A DNA stretch of 63,819 bases, filler included, from Lama guanicoe (taxonomy: Eukaryota), in assembly GCA_013239625.1 (NCBI GenBank). It is 192 parts of 192 records of this genome, joined end to end, with 100 filler letters (N's around TTAATTAATTAA, not from the genome) between each part and the next. Parts side by side here need not be neighbours in the genome. Positions count along the whole stretch, not along the records: positions 1 to 232 come from PNXV01044410.1; positions 333 to 560 come from PNXV01044411.1; positions 661 to 892 come from PNXV01044412.1; positions 993 to 1,224 come from PNXV01044413.1; positions 1,325 to 1,556 come from PNXV01044414.1; positions 1,657 to 1,888 come from PNXV01044415.1; positions 1,989 to 2,221 come from PNXV01044416.1; positions 2,322 to 2,554 come from PNXV01044417.1; 184 more parts are not named here. One strand, given 5' to 3'. A model generated the notes under the pieces. That model was not told where the DNA came from. It worked only from the letters and a program-made list of their open reading frames with translations, and did not search any database. The position numbers and the translations under genes are program-made. This document shows positions 1 to 11,876 of the stretch, one piece after another (the first letter of the stretch is position 1; the number at the start of each line of letters is the position of its first letter).

Positions 1-521
1 TCAGGAGACTGTCAGTTGGGATATGTTTTGTGGAGCAGGGTTATTGGGTGAACAACTATCCAAGGAAAATTTTTAAATGAAATTTGGGGTTTCTTTTAAT
101 CTTCTAAACATTTTTTTAATTGGACAGTATTGGTGTGTTAAAATCTCCATATGACGGCTACAATGTATGGGGTTGGTTGGTTGGTTTTTGAACAGAATAA
201 CTTGGGTCTTTTTGAGGACATTCAATTAAAATNNNNNNNNNNNNNNNNNNNNNNNNNNNNNNNNNNNNNNNNNNNNTTAATTAATTAANNNNNNNNNNNN
301 NNNNNNNNNNNNNNNNNNNNNNNNNNNNNNNNAACAAGCAAGACAGGAATTGAATACAGATTAAGTAACACAGAGGAGGTTCTAATCATCCAGAGAGTAG
401 TGAGGGCAAACGTGTTCATCTGTCAGAATGTGCTGGTGCCAGGCACAGAGTTATTGGTTAATTGGTTAAATGATTATTTAAAGGGTTATGATTAAGACAG
501 TGGTTGATGGATAAAGGCCCA

Positions 522-522
<1 letters not shown>

Positions 523-560
<38 letters not shown>
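523..560. repeat. (CA)19 microsatellite at contig end
   Basis: Uninterrupted CA run from 523 to the N gap. Confidence 0.97.
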
Positions 561-1100
561 NNNNNNNNNNNNNNNNNNNNNNNNNNNNNNNNNNNNNNNN
601 NNNNTTAATTAATTAANNNNNNNNNNNNNNNNNNNNNNNNNNNNNNNNNNNNNNNNNNNNTCCTCTAGGGCACCCTTAGAGGCATGTTCTAAGCAAAGAG
701 GTGACACATTACTGACTTCTTAGGGGATAACAGATAGGTAAGGGTGTCATTTTGGTCTTTTCTGCATGTAATATTTCAACTTAACACCTAAATTTCAGAA
801 AGGAACTTATTTTAAAAACAGTAAAATAAAAAGTAGACTTCCAGTAGCCTGTTGCAAGAACTTCTGAAACTTTAGAGATGCAAATCCGATTTNNNNNNNN
901 NNNNNNNNNNNNNNNNNNNNNNNNNNNNNNNNNNNNTTAATTAATTAANNNNNNNNNNNNNNNNNNNNNNNNNNNNNNNNNNNNNNNNNNNNTGTGAATT
1001 CTGGAATTCTGTCTGTTTCACCCAAGGGCACATCAGAGGTACGAGATCTTCTTACTGGTGTTTGATTGGAGAAGGTTTTTTCCAAAGGTTGTTTAAAAAG

Positions 1101-1224
1101 TTTTTTATTGAAATACAGTCGGTGCACAATGTTGTATTAGTTTCGGGTGTACAGCAGAGTGATTCAGTTATACAAATATATTTTCTTTTCCATTATGGTT
1201 TATTACAGGATATTGACTAGAGTT
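1101..1224 (-). mobile_element. LINE-1 3' end fragment
   Basis: ttttttattgaaatacagtc...acaatgttgtattagtttcgggtgtacagcagagtgattcagttatac is the typical antisense artiodactyl L1 3' terminus. Confidence 0.8.
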
Positions 1225-2321
1225 NNNNNNNNNNNNNNNNNNNNNNNNNNNNNNNNNNNNNNNNNNNNTTAATTAATTAANNNNNNNNNNNNNNNNNNNN
1301 NNNNNNNNNNNNNNNNNNNNNNNNTAACAGGCTTAATCCACACCAAAGTATTTGGCTTCTGTCTAAAAGAGTGGCCTGATTTTTTAAAACCTGTTCCACC
1401 TGCCTTAAACATCTTCCAACCACATTTTCCCGGGGGAAGGGAGGTCCTGGGGGGGTCACAACCTTGGCTTGCTTGGAGCCTTCTTCTGCCAGAGCCATTG
1501 CCTTTGGCACCCTGACACATGTCCATAATTGCTGCAGGGGGAAATCCTGACATGGCNNNNNNNNNNNNNNNNNNNNNNNNNNNNNNNNNNNNNNNNNNNN
1601 TTAATTAATTAANNNNNNNNNNNNNNNNNNNNNNNNNNNNNNNNNNNNNNNNNNNNACCAAACTTAAATCTTCATCCAACTTTCCTGGGAATCTAGGAGG
1701 TGGTGACTAAGTCTGAGAACTCAGTCATTACATAGACCATAATGTCTACATGTGTGAAAGGAATTGTCCTTTAATTTCCTAGGTAATTTATAAACACACT
1801 GTAAGACACAGACCATTTATAAATTAGCAAATATCTCATTTGAAGAGATGAAAAGGAGGAAGCTGAGAAGTAACTTACTCAGATAAAANNNNNNNNNNNN
1901 NNNNNNNNNNNNNNNNNNNNNNNNNNNNNNNNTTAATTAATTAANNNNNNNNNNNNNNNNNNNNNNNNNNNNNNNNNNNNNNNNNNNNTTAGAAGCTTTT
2001 TGGATAAATGACAAAGACTTTTCAAGCCTGTAAACAACGGATTAGGAAATCACACTTTCTATCTCTGACACATTTTTCCCCTCCTTGGTCCCATCACTCT
2101 AATTCCAACCATATTTAATAAAATAAATTGGACTCTCCATCTCTGCAGTCCCTAGCACTGTTCTATCAAGATGCAATTCATATGTTTTTTATTTCCTTAA
2201 ATTTCTATTGATTTAGACGACNNNNNNNNNNNNNNNNNNNNNNNNNNNNNNNNNNNNNNNNNNNNTTAATTAATTAANNNNNNNNNNNNNNNNNNNNNNN
2301 NNNNNNNNNNNNNNNNNNNNN

Positions 2322-2500
2322 GCTAATCAAGAATTGTATGTCCAGCAAACCTGTCCTTCAGAAACAGAGAAGACTAAAAAAATGAAAATAAATAAAATAA
2401 AAACTTTCCTAGATAAACAAAAAATAAGAGAGTCTGTCACCAGTAGTCCAACTTTATAAGATATGCTAAAGAAAGCTCTAGAAACTGAAATTTTGAAATT
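2322..2500 (+). mobile_element. Degenerate LINE-1 ORF1 C-terminal fragment
   Basis: aagaattgtatgtccagcaaacctgtccttcaga...actttcctagataaacaaaaaataagagagtctgtcaccagtag resembles ORF1 RILYPAKLSF...KTFSDKQKLREF. Confidence 0.7.
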
Positions 2501-4985
2501 GAAATAAAAAGATAGACAGTAACACAAAAACATGAACATATAAATGTCACTGGTNNNNNNNNNNNNNNNNNNNNNNNNNNNNNNNNNNNNNNNNNNNNTT
2601 AATTAATTAANNNNNNNNNNNNNNNNNNNNNNNNNNNNNNNNNNNNNNNNNNNNTGGGGCAGAGATCTGGGCTGGGAGTCATCAGGGCAGAGCCATGGGA
2701 GGGCGAGATGGCCCAGGGAGAAGGGACAGAGAGAAGGGAGCAGGGGGCAGGGCACGGAGCTGTAGTGTTAGCTGCAGCATTTGTGAGCATGAAGCCCAGC
2801 CTGGATATAGGTCCACACTGTTGCTGGGATGCAGCTGGCCAGATTCACAGCCCTTGGGCCAGGTGTCTGGAGCCTCCGGGGGGGGGGNNNNNNNNNNNNN
2901 NNNNNNNNNNNNNNNNNNNNNNNNNNNNNNNTTAATTAATTAANNNNNNNNNNNNNNNNNNNNNNNNNNNNNNNNNNNNNNNNNNNNTTTTTATACCCAG
3001 ATAAGATATTTTCATATACAGATGTCACAGAAAGGGGACATCAGATAATATTTCAATAAACATTTGATGTATTTACTCCTAAAAATGTTTTGAAGGTAGT
3101 TTCCAAGTAATGAAGAAATACCTGAATTTAATAGCCAAAAAAGTGAATATCATTTTATAATCAGACCTATTGTAAGGATTACAAATTAAATATATAAAAA
3201 TAGAATAATTTCTGGCCATTNNNNNNNNNNNNNNNNNNNNNNNNNNNNNNNNNNNNNNNNNNNNTTAATTAATTAANNNNNNNNNNNNNNNNNNNNNNNN
3301 NNNNNNNNNNNNNNNNNNNNCCTGGCCCTCTTGGTTTTATTCACGCAATAGAGATCCCAACAGAACATCGCCTCCCTTTTTACCAAGTCAGCCTCAGAGA
3401 TCACACACAGTATGAACTAAGGAAATGCAACTCAGCTTGAGCTAGGTTTCTGAGCCCAGCGCGCAAAGCTCTCCCCCAGGGAGCCTGGGCTGCCCTTTGT
3501 CCCCGTCCCCAAACACAAGAGGCAGTGTCTTGCCTTGCATAAAGAGCGTGCTGNNNNNNNNNNNNNNNNNNNNNNNNNNNNNNNNNNNNNNNNNNNNTTA
3601 ATTAATTAANNNNNNNNNNNNNNNNNNNNNNNNNNNNNNNNNNNNNNNNNNNNTACTTTGGGCTTTACCCAATCACGGGTTACAAAACAGTTCATTCTGT
3701 TACGACCGGAAGTGATGGCATAAGCAAACGATGCCCATTTCCTTATTGACAACCATCCTGTGGCAAAAGAATGGTCGTCAATAATCTTCACACGCGACGG
3801 AGACCCATCGGTGCTTTGAAGTAGACAGTAGTTTTCGCCTATAAAAGGAATTCAGAAAGTGACTCAATTCTAAGATTAGAAGCATGNNNNNNNNNNNNNN
3901 NNNNNNNNNNNNNNNNNNNNNNNNNNNNNNTTAATTAATTAANNNNNNNNNNNNNNNNNNNNNNNNNNNNNNNNNNNNNNNNNNNNTGTCTCAGCCCATG
4001 ACAGTGCCAACATCCAATTCAGAACCTCGTCCTCTAAGTCAGGCCCAGGTGTGGAGGAGGCACCTGGTGGGTAGTTCCCAGCAGGTCGTCCAGGACGCTT
4101 CCACCCCCAGCCCAGCTCCCAGCTTCACGGCATTATACGAGCATGTGTCAGGAAGGAGGGAGAAGAAAGATAATCTGGCTGTGATTTCAGTCTGCTCTCT
4201 CCCTCCCCATCCACTGCAGNNNNNNNNNNNNNNNNNNNNNNNNNNNNNNNNNNNNNNNNNNNNTTAATTAATTAANNNNNNNNNNNNNNNNNNNNNNNNN
4301 NNNNNNNNNNNNNNNNNNNTTATTCTTCCTCTTTGGTCCTCACCAGCAGTCCTTTTGCCGGTCTCTCCAGTTATTTCTTGGTTGGATGAAGTACATTTTT
4401 TAATTTAGGAGATCCATGGGTAGGGCTTGTGAGAACAGTTTTTCCTGCGTAGCCAGAATGTGTGCATATTTACAGATCTTTCTTGGTAATTGAAGGATAC
4501 TTGGAATAGAAAATGTTCCTTCCATTGACTTTTTAAAAAATGAGTCACGACANNNNNNNNNNNNNNNNNNNNNNNNNNNNNNNNNNNNNNNNNNNNTTAA
4601 TTAATTAANNNNNNNNNNNNNNNNNNNNNNNNNNNNNNNNNNNNNNNNNNNNGGGTCTTGATTCCTCTGTAGGTTAACTCAGCCTGGAGACACCGCCCTC
4701 ATACTAGGGCACAAGGAGGAAGCAGGTAGAGAAGGGGCAGCTGAGTACCTGGGCAGTGAAGGAGGCCTACTGATGTCATGGTGGCAGCAGCGGGTGTCAG
4801 CGTCCTCCCTGCAGCTCACAGGTCTGCATCAGGCTGGAAGGAGGTGTGGCTTCACCCTTGGGGAAGAGAAGACAGATTGTGGACCNNNNNNNNNNNNNNN
4901 NNNNNNNNNNNNNNNNNNNNNNNNNNNNNTTAATTAATTAANNNNNNNNNNNNNNNNNNNNNNNNNNNNNNNNNNNNNNNNNNNN

Positions 4986-5068
4986 TGTATATATTTCCCT
5001 GTGCTATACAGTATAATCTTGTATATCTATTCTATATATACCTGTCAGTATCTACAAAATTTGAACTA
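4986..5068 (-). mobile_element. LINE-1 3' UTR remnant
   Basis: atatttccctgtgctatacagta motif of antisense L1 3' UTR. Confidence 0.6.
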
Positions 5069-5158
5069 TTCATTTATTTTTAATGGAGGTATTGAGAATT
5101 GAACCCAGGACCTCATGCATACTAAGCATGCAGTCTTCCACTGAGCTATACCCTACTC
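5069..5158 (-). mobile_element. Camelid Vic-1-like tRNA-derived SINE
   Basis: Reverse complement reads AGGGTATAGCTCAGTGGAAGACTGCATGCTTAGTATGCATGAGGTCCTGGGTTCAATTCTCAATACCTCCATTAAAAATAAAT, with Pol III A and B boxes and an A-rich tail. Homologous to the copies at 42060 and 55928. Confidence 0.85.
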
Positions 5159-5317
5159 TTGGTGAACTAATTTTAAAGACTCTCAATCGCAGCAAAAATT
5201 CTTCTTTTATCTTAAAGNNNNNNNNNNNNNNNNNNNNNNNNNNNNNNNNNNNNNNNNNNNNTTAATTAATTAANNNNNNNNNNNNNNNNNNNNNNNNNNN
5301 NNNNNNNNNNNNNNNNN

Positions 5318-5549
5318 GTAGTTTGTATCTGCTAATCCCAAACTCCTAATTTATCCTTCCCCTCCTTACCCTTTTGTAATTGTAAGTTTGTTTTCTGTGT
5401 CTGTGAATCTGTTTCTGCTTTATAAATAAGTTTGTTATTGTCTTTTTTTAGATTCTACATGTAGGTGATACCATATGATGTTTGTCTTTGTCTGACTTAT
5501 TTCACTTAGTATGATGATCTCTAGGTCCATTCATGTTGCTGCAAATGGC
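5318..5549 (-). mobile_element. LINE-1 3' region fragment
   Basis: tctgctaatcccaaactcctaatttatcc...gacttatttcacttagtatgatgatctctaggtccattcatgttgctgcaaatggc is antisense L1 3' region. Confidence 0.9.
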
Positions 5550-7314
5550 NNNNNNNNNNNNNNNNNNNNNNNNNNNNNNNNNNNNNNNNNNNNTTAATTA
5601 ATTAANNNNNNNNNNNNNNNNNNNNNNNNNNNNNNNNNNNNNNNNNNNNCACACAATTCATAAATGGTAAGATGTGACGGAACACACACACCTGGTTCCA
5701 GAACCAGCAAACCCCTAACCACTGAAAATTGCTATCGTGTTTTGAATGCCAGCTACGTGCCAGGGGCTTTACACGTATTTTTATCTCTGAAAGTCTGTTC
5801 TATATAGCAACACGGCGAAGTAGGCGTTATTTTCCTCGTTTTGCAAAGACACCGCGGATGGCCCAACAAGTTCTGAAATCTGNNNNNNNNNNNNNNNNNN
5901 NNNNNNNNNNNNNNNNNNNNNNNNNNTTAATTAATTAANNNNNNNNNNNNNNNNNNNNNNNNNNNNNNNNNNNNNNNNNNNNACACCATGTCTGGGATTT
6001 CTCTAAGCCTCACTTTTCTCAGCTGTAGAATTGGGTAGCAGTCTCCCCAACATGGGCACAGAGCCTGTGCAAGGGGGTGGGGGTTGTAGGAGGCTGCTGC
6101 GTGCCCTGGGCTTGACCCCAGTCCCGGCAGCCCCTCCTCCCTGGAGCCCAGCATCCTCTCCCCTCTGGGGCTGTGGTCCAGGGACCTGACTTAACGGCTG
6201 GCTAACTCCCAGCCCNNNNNNNNNNNNNNNNNNNNNNNNNNNNNNNNNNNNNNNNNNNNTTAATTAATTAANNNNNNNNNNNNNNNNNNNNNNNNNNNNN
6301 NNNNNNNNNNNNNNNTAAACTCAGTGTTGTAGTTCCAAGGTACATGTAGTTCTTCTGTGGGGCCGTGGGGCCAAATCATGCTAGATGTAGCAAGGGCGAT
6401 GAAAAAGCACTGCTCTGTTCAGATGCGAAGACACGTCTTCATCGTCACTACGGAGCACCTCACAGGAGTTATTATACAGTTACTGTTTACAGATTTCTTA
6501 GACGTACAGAAAGAAGGTGCCTTCTGGAATTGCTAGGGATGTAATGATNNNNNNNNNNNNNNNNNNNNNNNNNNNNNNNNNNNNNNNNNNNNTTAATTAA
6601 TTAANNNNNNNNNNNNNNNNNNNNNNNNNNNNNNNNNNNNNNNNNNNNTCTTTAATTTCACCAAGCTGAACAAAATTGAACACATAGATCACCGAGCCTT
6701 GATGTTCTGAAGGCAAAGATTTCAAAAAAGCCGGTACTCGTTTGCCTAGAACAATTGGAACAACATAATACCACACTGCCGTGGAGTCCAAATGCCTCAC
6801 AATTCCCCCCCTCATTCATCAATAGGAAGGCGTCTGAGACATTCAGGTGACAACTGGTTCTCTGTGACAATTGTTGACTGANNNNNNNNNNNNNNNNNNN
6901 NNNNNNNNNNNNNNNNNNNNNNNNNTTAATTAATTAANNNNNNNNNNNNNNNNNNNNNNNNNNNNNNNNNNNNNNNNNNNNCTGTGCTTAAAATTAAAAA
7001 TAGCGTTCTTTATCTTCTGTGTTCTCATCTCTCAAATGCACGGTTCTCATCTGCAACGTATCACACTCTATTTGCAAGCAAGTGTTGCACTGTATATCTG
7101 CCTTCTTATATTAAATAACTGATAAAGCACATTATTTATATTAGCTGAGATACTAGCTAAGGTTTGTGAGGAAGAAAAGAAAGGAAAAGAAGATACAGAT
7201 ACACTGTCTGGAACNNNNNNNNNNNNNNNNNNNNNNNNNNNNNNNNNNNNNNNNNNNNTTAATTAATTAANNNNNNNNNNNNNNNNNNNNNNNNNNNNNN
7301 NNNNNNNNNNNNNN

Positions 7315-7547
7315 TGAAAATGTTTTCTCCTATTCTGTAGGTTACCTTTTCATTATGCTGATCGTTTCTTGGGCTGTGCAGAAGCCTCTTAGTTTGATAT
7401 AGTCCCACTTATTTATTTTTGCTTTTGTTGCTTACATTTTTGGTGTCAAATCAAAAAAATAATTACCCAGACTTATGTCAAGGAACTCACCCCTTATGTT
7501 TTTTCTATGAGTTTTATAGTTTCAGGTCTTATGATCAAGTCTTTAAT
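7315..7547 (-). mobile_element. LINE-1 ORF2 fragment
   Basis: gctgtgcagaagcctcttagtttgatatagtcccacttatttatttttgcttttgttgc is an antisense ORF2 hallmark. Confidence 0.9.
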
Positions 7548-7773
7548 NNNNNNNNNNNNNNNNNNNNNNNNNNNNNNNNNNNNNNNNNNNNTTAATTAAT
7601 TAANNNNNNNNNNNNNNNNNNNNNNNNNNNNNNNNNNNNNNNNNNNNTCAAAGCCTGCACTATGTTATATCTATTCCCCAGGGTATCTTTTCTGGGCATT
7701 AAGGAACTCATAGAAAGCTAAGATAATAGTTAGAACAGTATTGTTAAAGATGAGATTTGAAGACCGTTGGAGC

Positions 7774-7880
7774 TTTTTATTTTTATTTTTTTTCATTATT
7801 GTTTTGAAGTAATTCGATTCACAGGGAGTTTCAAAGATGGTACAGAGAGGTCCTGTGGAGTCCTCACTTAGTTTCCCTCA
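7774..7880 (-). mobile_element. Old LINE-1 (L1MB-like) 3' end
   Basis: ttttgaagtaattcgattcacagggagtttcaaagatggtacagagaggtcctgtgg resembles the remembered L1MB 3' terminus. Confidence 0.65.
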
Positions 7881-8313
7881 NNNNNNNNNNNNNNNNNNNN
7901 NNNNNNNNNNNNNNNNNNNNNNNNTTAATTAATTAANNNNNNNNNNNNNNNNNNNNNNNNNNNNNNNNNNNNNNNNNNNNTGGCTCTGGTCCCTTCCGGG
8001 AAGAAAAAGCGCGGACTGACAATACCGCTTCTTCGTGCATCTCAGCGTCTCCCCAGTTCCCGTCGGTGGGAACAGTGCGTCCCCAGCGCACACAGCCTGC
8101 CGGGGTTCACCTCCCCTTCTGATTTACTCCGAGATGGAGACGCACATCACGGCGACACCAGCCTGGAGTCACACTTGCTCTGCGGATGCAGCCACTCCCT
8201 CCAGGACTGATTCNNNNNNNNNNNNNNNNNNNNNNNNNNNNNNNNNNNNNNNNNNNNTTAATTAATTAANNNNNNNNNNNNNNNNNNNNNNNNNNNNNNN
8301 NNNNNNNNNNNNN

Positions 8314-8546
8314 TAAATAAACTGAAAATCAGTGAATTTCCTTAGATCTATCAGAGAAATGAAGAAACAGGGCCGGCTGCCACCTGTCATTCAGAGAGGG
8401 AGGTAGGCACCAAGAATCACAACTAAGATCATCTTATCGGGAACAGAAACTGCTAGAGCAAGTAGCTGGAATACGTAAAGGCAATTTTAATGAACTACTG
8501 GTGGCTGAGAGCGGACTACTCTGGGAGTTAAGAATTCCTGGGGTCT
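8314..8546 (+). mobile_element. Probable old LINE-1 (L1M) 5' region fragment
   Basis: aaataaactgaaaatc...ttagatctatcagagaa...cagggc resembles remembered L1M 5' region sequence. Confidence 0.45.
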
Positions 8547-8646
8547 NNNNNNNNNNNNNNNNNNNNNNNNNNNNNNNNNNNNNNNNNNNNTTAATTAATT
8601 AANNNNNNNNNNNNNNNNNNNNNNNNNNNNNNNNNNNNNNNNNNNN

Positions 8647-8778
8647 ACCAAGTCTTTGCAATTTGGTGTGTATTTTTATGTTCGGCATCTCTCAGTTCAG
8701 ACTAGCCAGGTATCAAGGGTTCAGTCGCCACATGTGGCTGTCATCTTTTACTATGTCTGGAGTGACTCTGGACAGTGA
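8647..8778. mobile_element. MER3/MER33-like hAT-Charlie DNA transposon remnant
   Basis: aagtctttgcaatttggtgtgtatttt...catctctcagttcagactagcca...gccacatgtggctg matches the MER3/33 core. Confidence 0.7.
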
Positions 8779-10413
8779 GGAGCCGTTCAGGGCCTTTTAC
8801 GTGTGCTTCCTGGGGTGCACGTGCCTTCAGGTACTTAGTGTAGAAATACTGGCACTGAGTGAGTGTTCTAAGTGTCCTTNNNNNNNNNNNNNNNNNNNNN
8901 NNNNNNNNNNNNNNNNNNNNNNNTTAATTAATTAANNNNNNNNNNNNNNNNNNNNNNNNNNNNNNNNNNNNNNNNNNNNGGCTCACAGAACCAGGACAGG
9001 CCGGCTCTACAGCACAATCTCCTCGGGAGAAGCGCTTAGAATTCTGCTGCATTCATCCGTGCTGTTTCCCTTTTCCCTCCTTTTCGCATTTTCTCATCTG
9101 TCTACTTCCTGCCTTCTGTTTCTTGTTCATCTTCCAAGACCTACGTCACTTTGGCCTTCTGGCGAAACTGCTCTGAAACATTAGCCCACCTTGGCATCCC
9201 CTCTATCCCAACNNNNNNNNNNNNNNNNNNNNNNNNNNNNNNNNNNNNNNNNNNNNTTAATTAATTAANNNNNNNNNNNNNNNNNNNNNNNNNNNNNNNN
9301 NNNNNNNNNNNNATACTGGTTCTAATTATCATTGTTAATTGTTAATTATTAGGTAAAGTGATACTTATTAGTGTCTGAATTAATTACCATATATAATTTC
9401 TGTATTATTAATTAAAGTAAGACATCTTTTTTAGTTTCTAAAAATTGAGTTCTAGACCAAACCTGATGGACCAACTGAAAAAAAATCCCACATGTGCATT
9501 ATTAGTAATTCAAAATGACTGCCACTAGTAACTCATAATTATACCNNNNNNNNNNNNNNNNNNNNNNNNNNNNNNNNNNNNNNNNNNNNTTAATTAATTA
9601 ANNNNNNNNNNNNNNNNNNNNNNNNNNNNNNNNNNNNNNNNNNNNTGACCTTACCTGCATCTTCTTTGCACCCTGTCAGTCCTACCTCCAAATTCTTCCC
9701 GTCTGAAGGGCATGTAGACGAGAGCTGTCCTCCCGCATGGCACTGTCCCCAGTAGCATGAGCATGCTCATGGTACCAAGAATGGTTCCAGCTCAGCCCTC
9801 TGTAACCAGATGGAGGGAGGCCATCGCATTAACAAGCCTTGGAAAGACACAAGGCCCTACACTGGACCCCCTCCCACCNNNNNNNNNNNNNNNNNNNNNN
9901 NNNNNNNNNNNNNNNNNNNNNNTTAATTAATTAANNNNNNNNNNNNNNNNNNNNNNNNNNNNNNNNNNNNNNNNNNNNTTTATTACTCACTCTCCAGTGA
10001 TGATTGTTGCTAGTTGACCTAATCATGCTTAAGTCTTTCCTGCTCATGACACTTAAAAGAAAGTCATGACTTACAGAATGCTCAAAGAAGAAAGTACTTG
10101 AGTGATTTATTTTTCTAACCAATCAAACCAATCAAAGAAAAACCCCGGTGTTGGCAAAAATTATAAGCCCTCCAGAATAGGGTCACTGTCTCCTTGTGTT
10201 ACATTTGTTTTNNNNNNNNNNNNNNNNNNNNNNNNNNNNNNNNNNNNNNNNNNNNTTAATTAATTAANNNNNNNNNNNNNNNNNNNNNNNNNNNNNNNNN
10301 NNNNNNNNNNNTTTTTTTCTATTTTGGTGACTTATTAAGTGATAACTTTTTTTAGTGTCTGCTTTAAAGTTTAGAGTATTCATCTTTACCCTGTCACAGT
10401 CTACTTTTAAGTA

Positions 10414-10544
10414 TACTCAGCCCTCTGTATATACGTATGTGAAACCCGTGGATACTGAGAGCCAACTGTATTATATCATTTTATTTAAGGGACTTGCACA
10501 TCTGCAGATTTTGGCATCTGAGGGGGTCATGGAACCCATCCCCC
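10414..10544 (-). mobile_element. MER2-family (TcMar-Tigger) remnant
   Basis: cattttatttaagggacttgcacatctgcagattttggcatctgagggggtcatggaacccatcccc is the reverse complement of the MER2 5' end. Confidence 0.75.
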
Positions 10545-11643
10545 NNNNNNNNNNNNNNNNNNNNNNNNNNNNNNNNNNNNNNNNNNNNTTAATTAATTAA
10601 NNNNNNNNNNNNNNNNNNNNNNNNNNNNNNNNNNNNNNNNNNNNAAGACACAGAAAGAATGGCTTCAATGAGAATTACATCATCAATTCCTCTTCTAGAC
10701 ACAAAACAGCCAATCCTTAAAAATCTCAGAACACCCTTAAAAATGTGTGAAAATTCTGTACCTCTGTTTCAGGTGGGCGGCCTCCCTTCTAAGCTCAGTG
10801 TTTTCCCTCTCCAGCTCCCGAGCCCTGATCTGTGGGGGAAAACACATCGATGTTCAGCCGTGGCAGACTGTGCACAANNNNNNNNNNNNNNNNNNNNNNN
10901 NNNNNNNNNNNNNNNNNNNNNTTAATTAATTAANNNNNNNNNNNNNNNNNNNNNNNNNNNNNNNNNNNNNNNNNNNNGGTCACACTGGAGATCTGGCCAT
11001 CGAAGCTACCAACCTTTCTTTCCCGTCAAAGCTAGTAACCTGTGGGATTGGATACTTATCCCCACAGACTTTCATCACCTTGGCTTTTAGTCCTGCATCG
11101 TTAGGACCACCTGCAGTCTCGATTCCATCACCTCTCAGGCCAGCACCTTTCCCACGGTTAAGACTCTTACAGGTTAAAGGAGAATGGCAGGTCTCTGCAA
11201 ATCATGGATTNNNNNNNNNNNNNNNNNNNNNNNNNNNNNNNNNNNNNNNNNNNNTTAATTAATTAANNNNNNNNNNNNNNNNNNNNNNNNNNNNNNNNNN
11301 NNNNNNNNNNAGAGAACACAAAAAATTTCAGTGGACCAAGTGTGTGAAGAAAAGAAAGTCAAAGAGAGTGGCTACAAGAGTTCAAAACTCATTCATAATT
11401 GAATTTCTGAACTTCCTCACCCACCTTTCTCAATCATAGAGGCTATCGTTTCACCCTAATAATAATATCATAATTAACACTTACCACGTGATGCTAAGCA
11501 CCCAGCATTTTACTCATGGTTCTTAAAGCATTATTTCATTTAANNNNNNNNNNNNNNNNNNNNNNNNNNNNNNNNNNNNNNNNNNNNTTAATTAATTAAN
11601 NNNNNNNNNNNNNNNNNNNNNNNNNNNNNNNNNNNNNNNNNNN

Positions 11644-11876
11644 AAGATTGGGGCACGGCAGTTGGAAACTTGGTTGTGTAGGACCTAAGACATCATCCTT
11701 GGAAGAGAGTCCTCGGCAAGTCGCCTGGTGGGGACCATGTTTGCCTCCTAGAACATCCAGACCATGAGAGCATCCTTGCTTCCTCCCTCCTGGACCCTTC
11801 ACTGCCCAGAACCGAATATGTTGTCTCGTTGTTGCGGTGGTTTTGATTAGAAGGCGCATAATGTAGTCACTTTTCT
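11644..11876 (-). repeat. Contig that is a near-identical reverse complement of 25960-26192
   Basis: Manual alignment: same length and ends, 6 substitutions in 233 bp, no indels. Confidence 0.97.
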
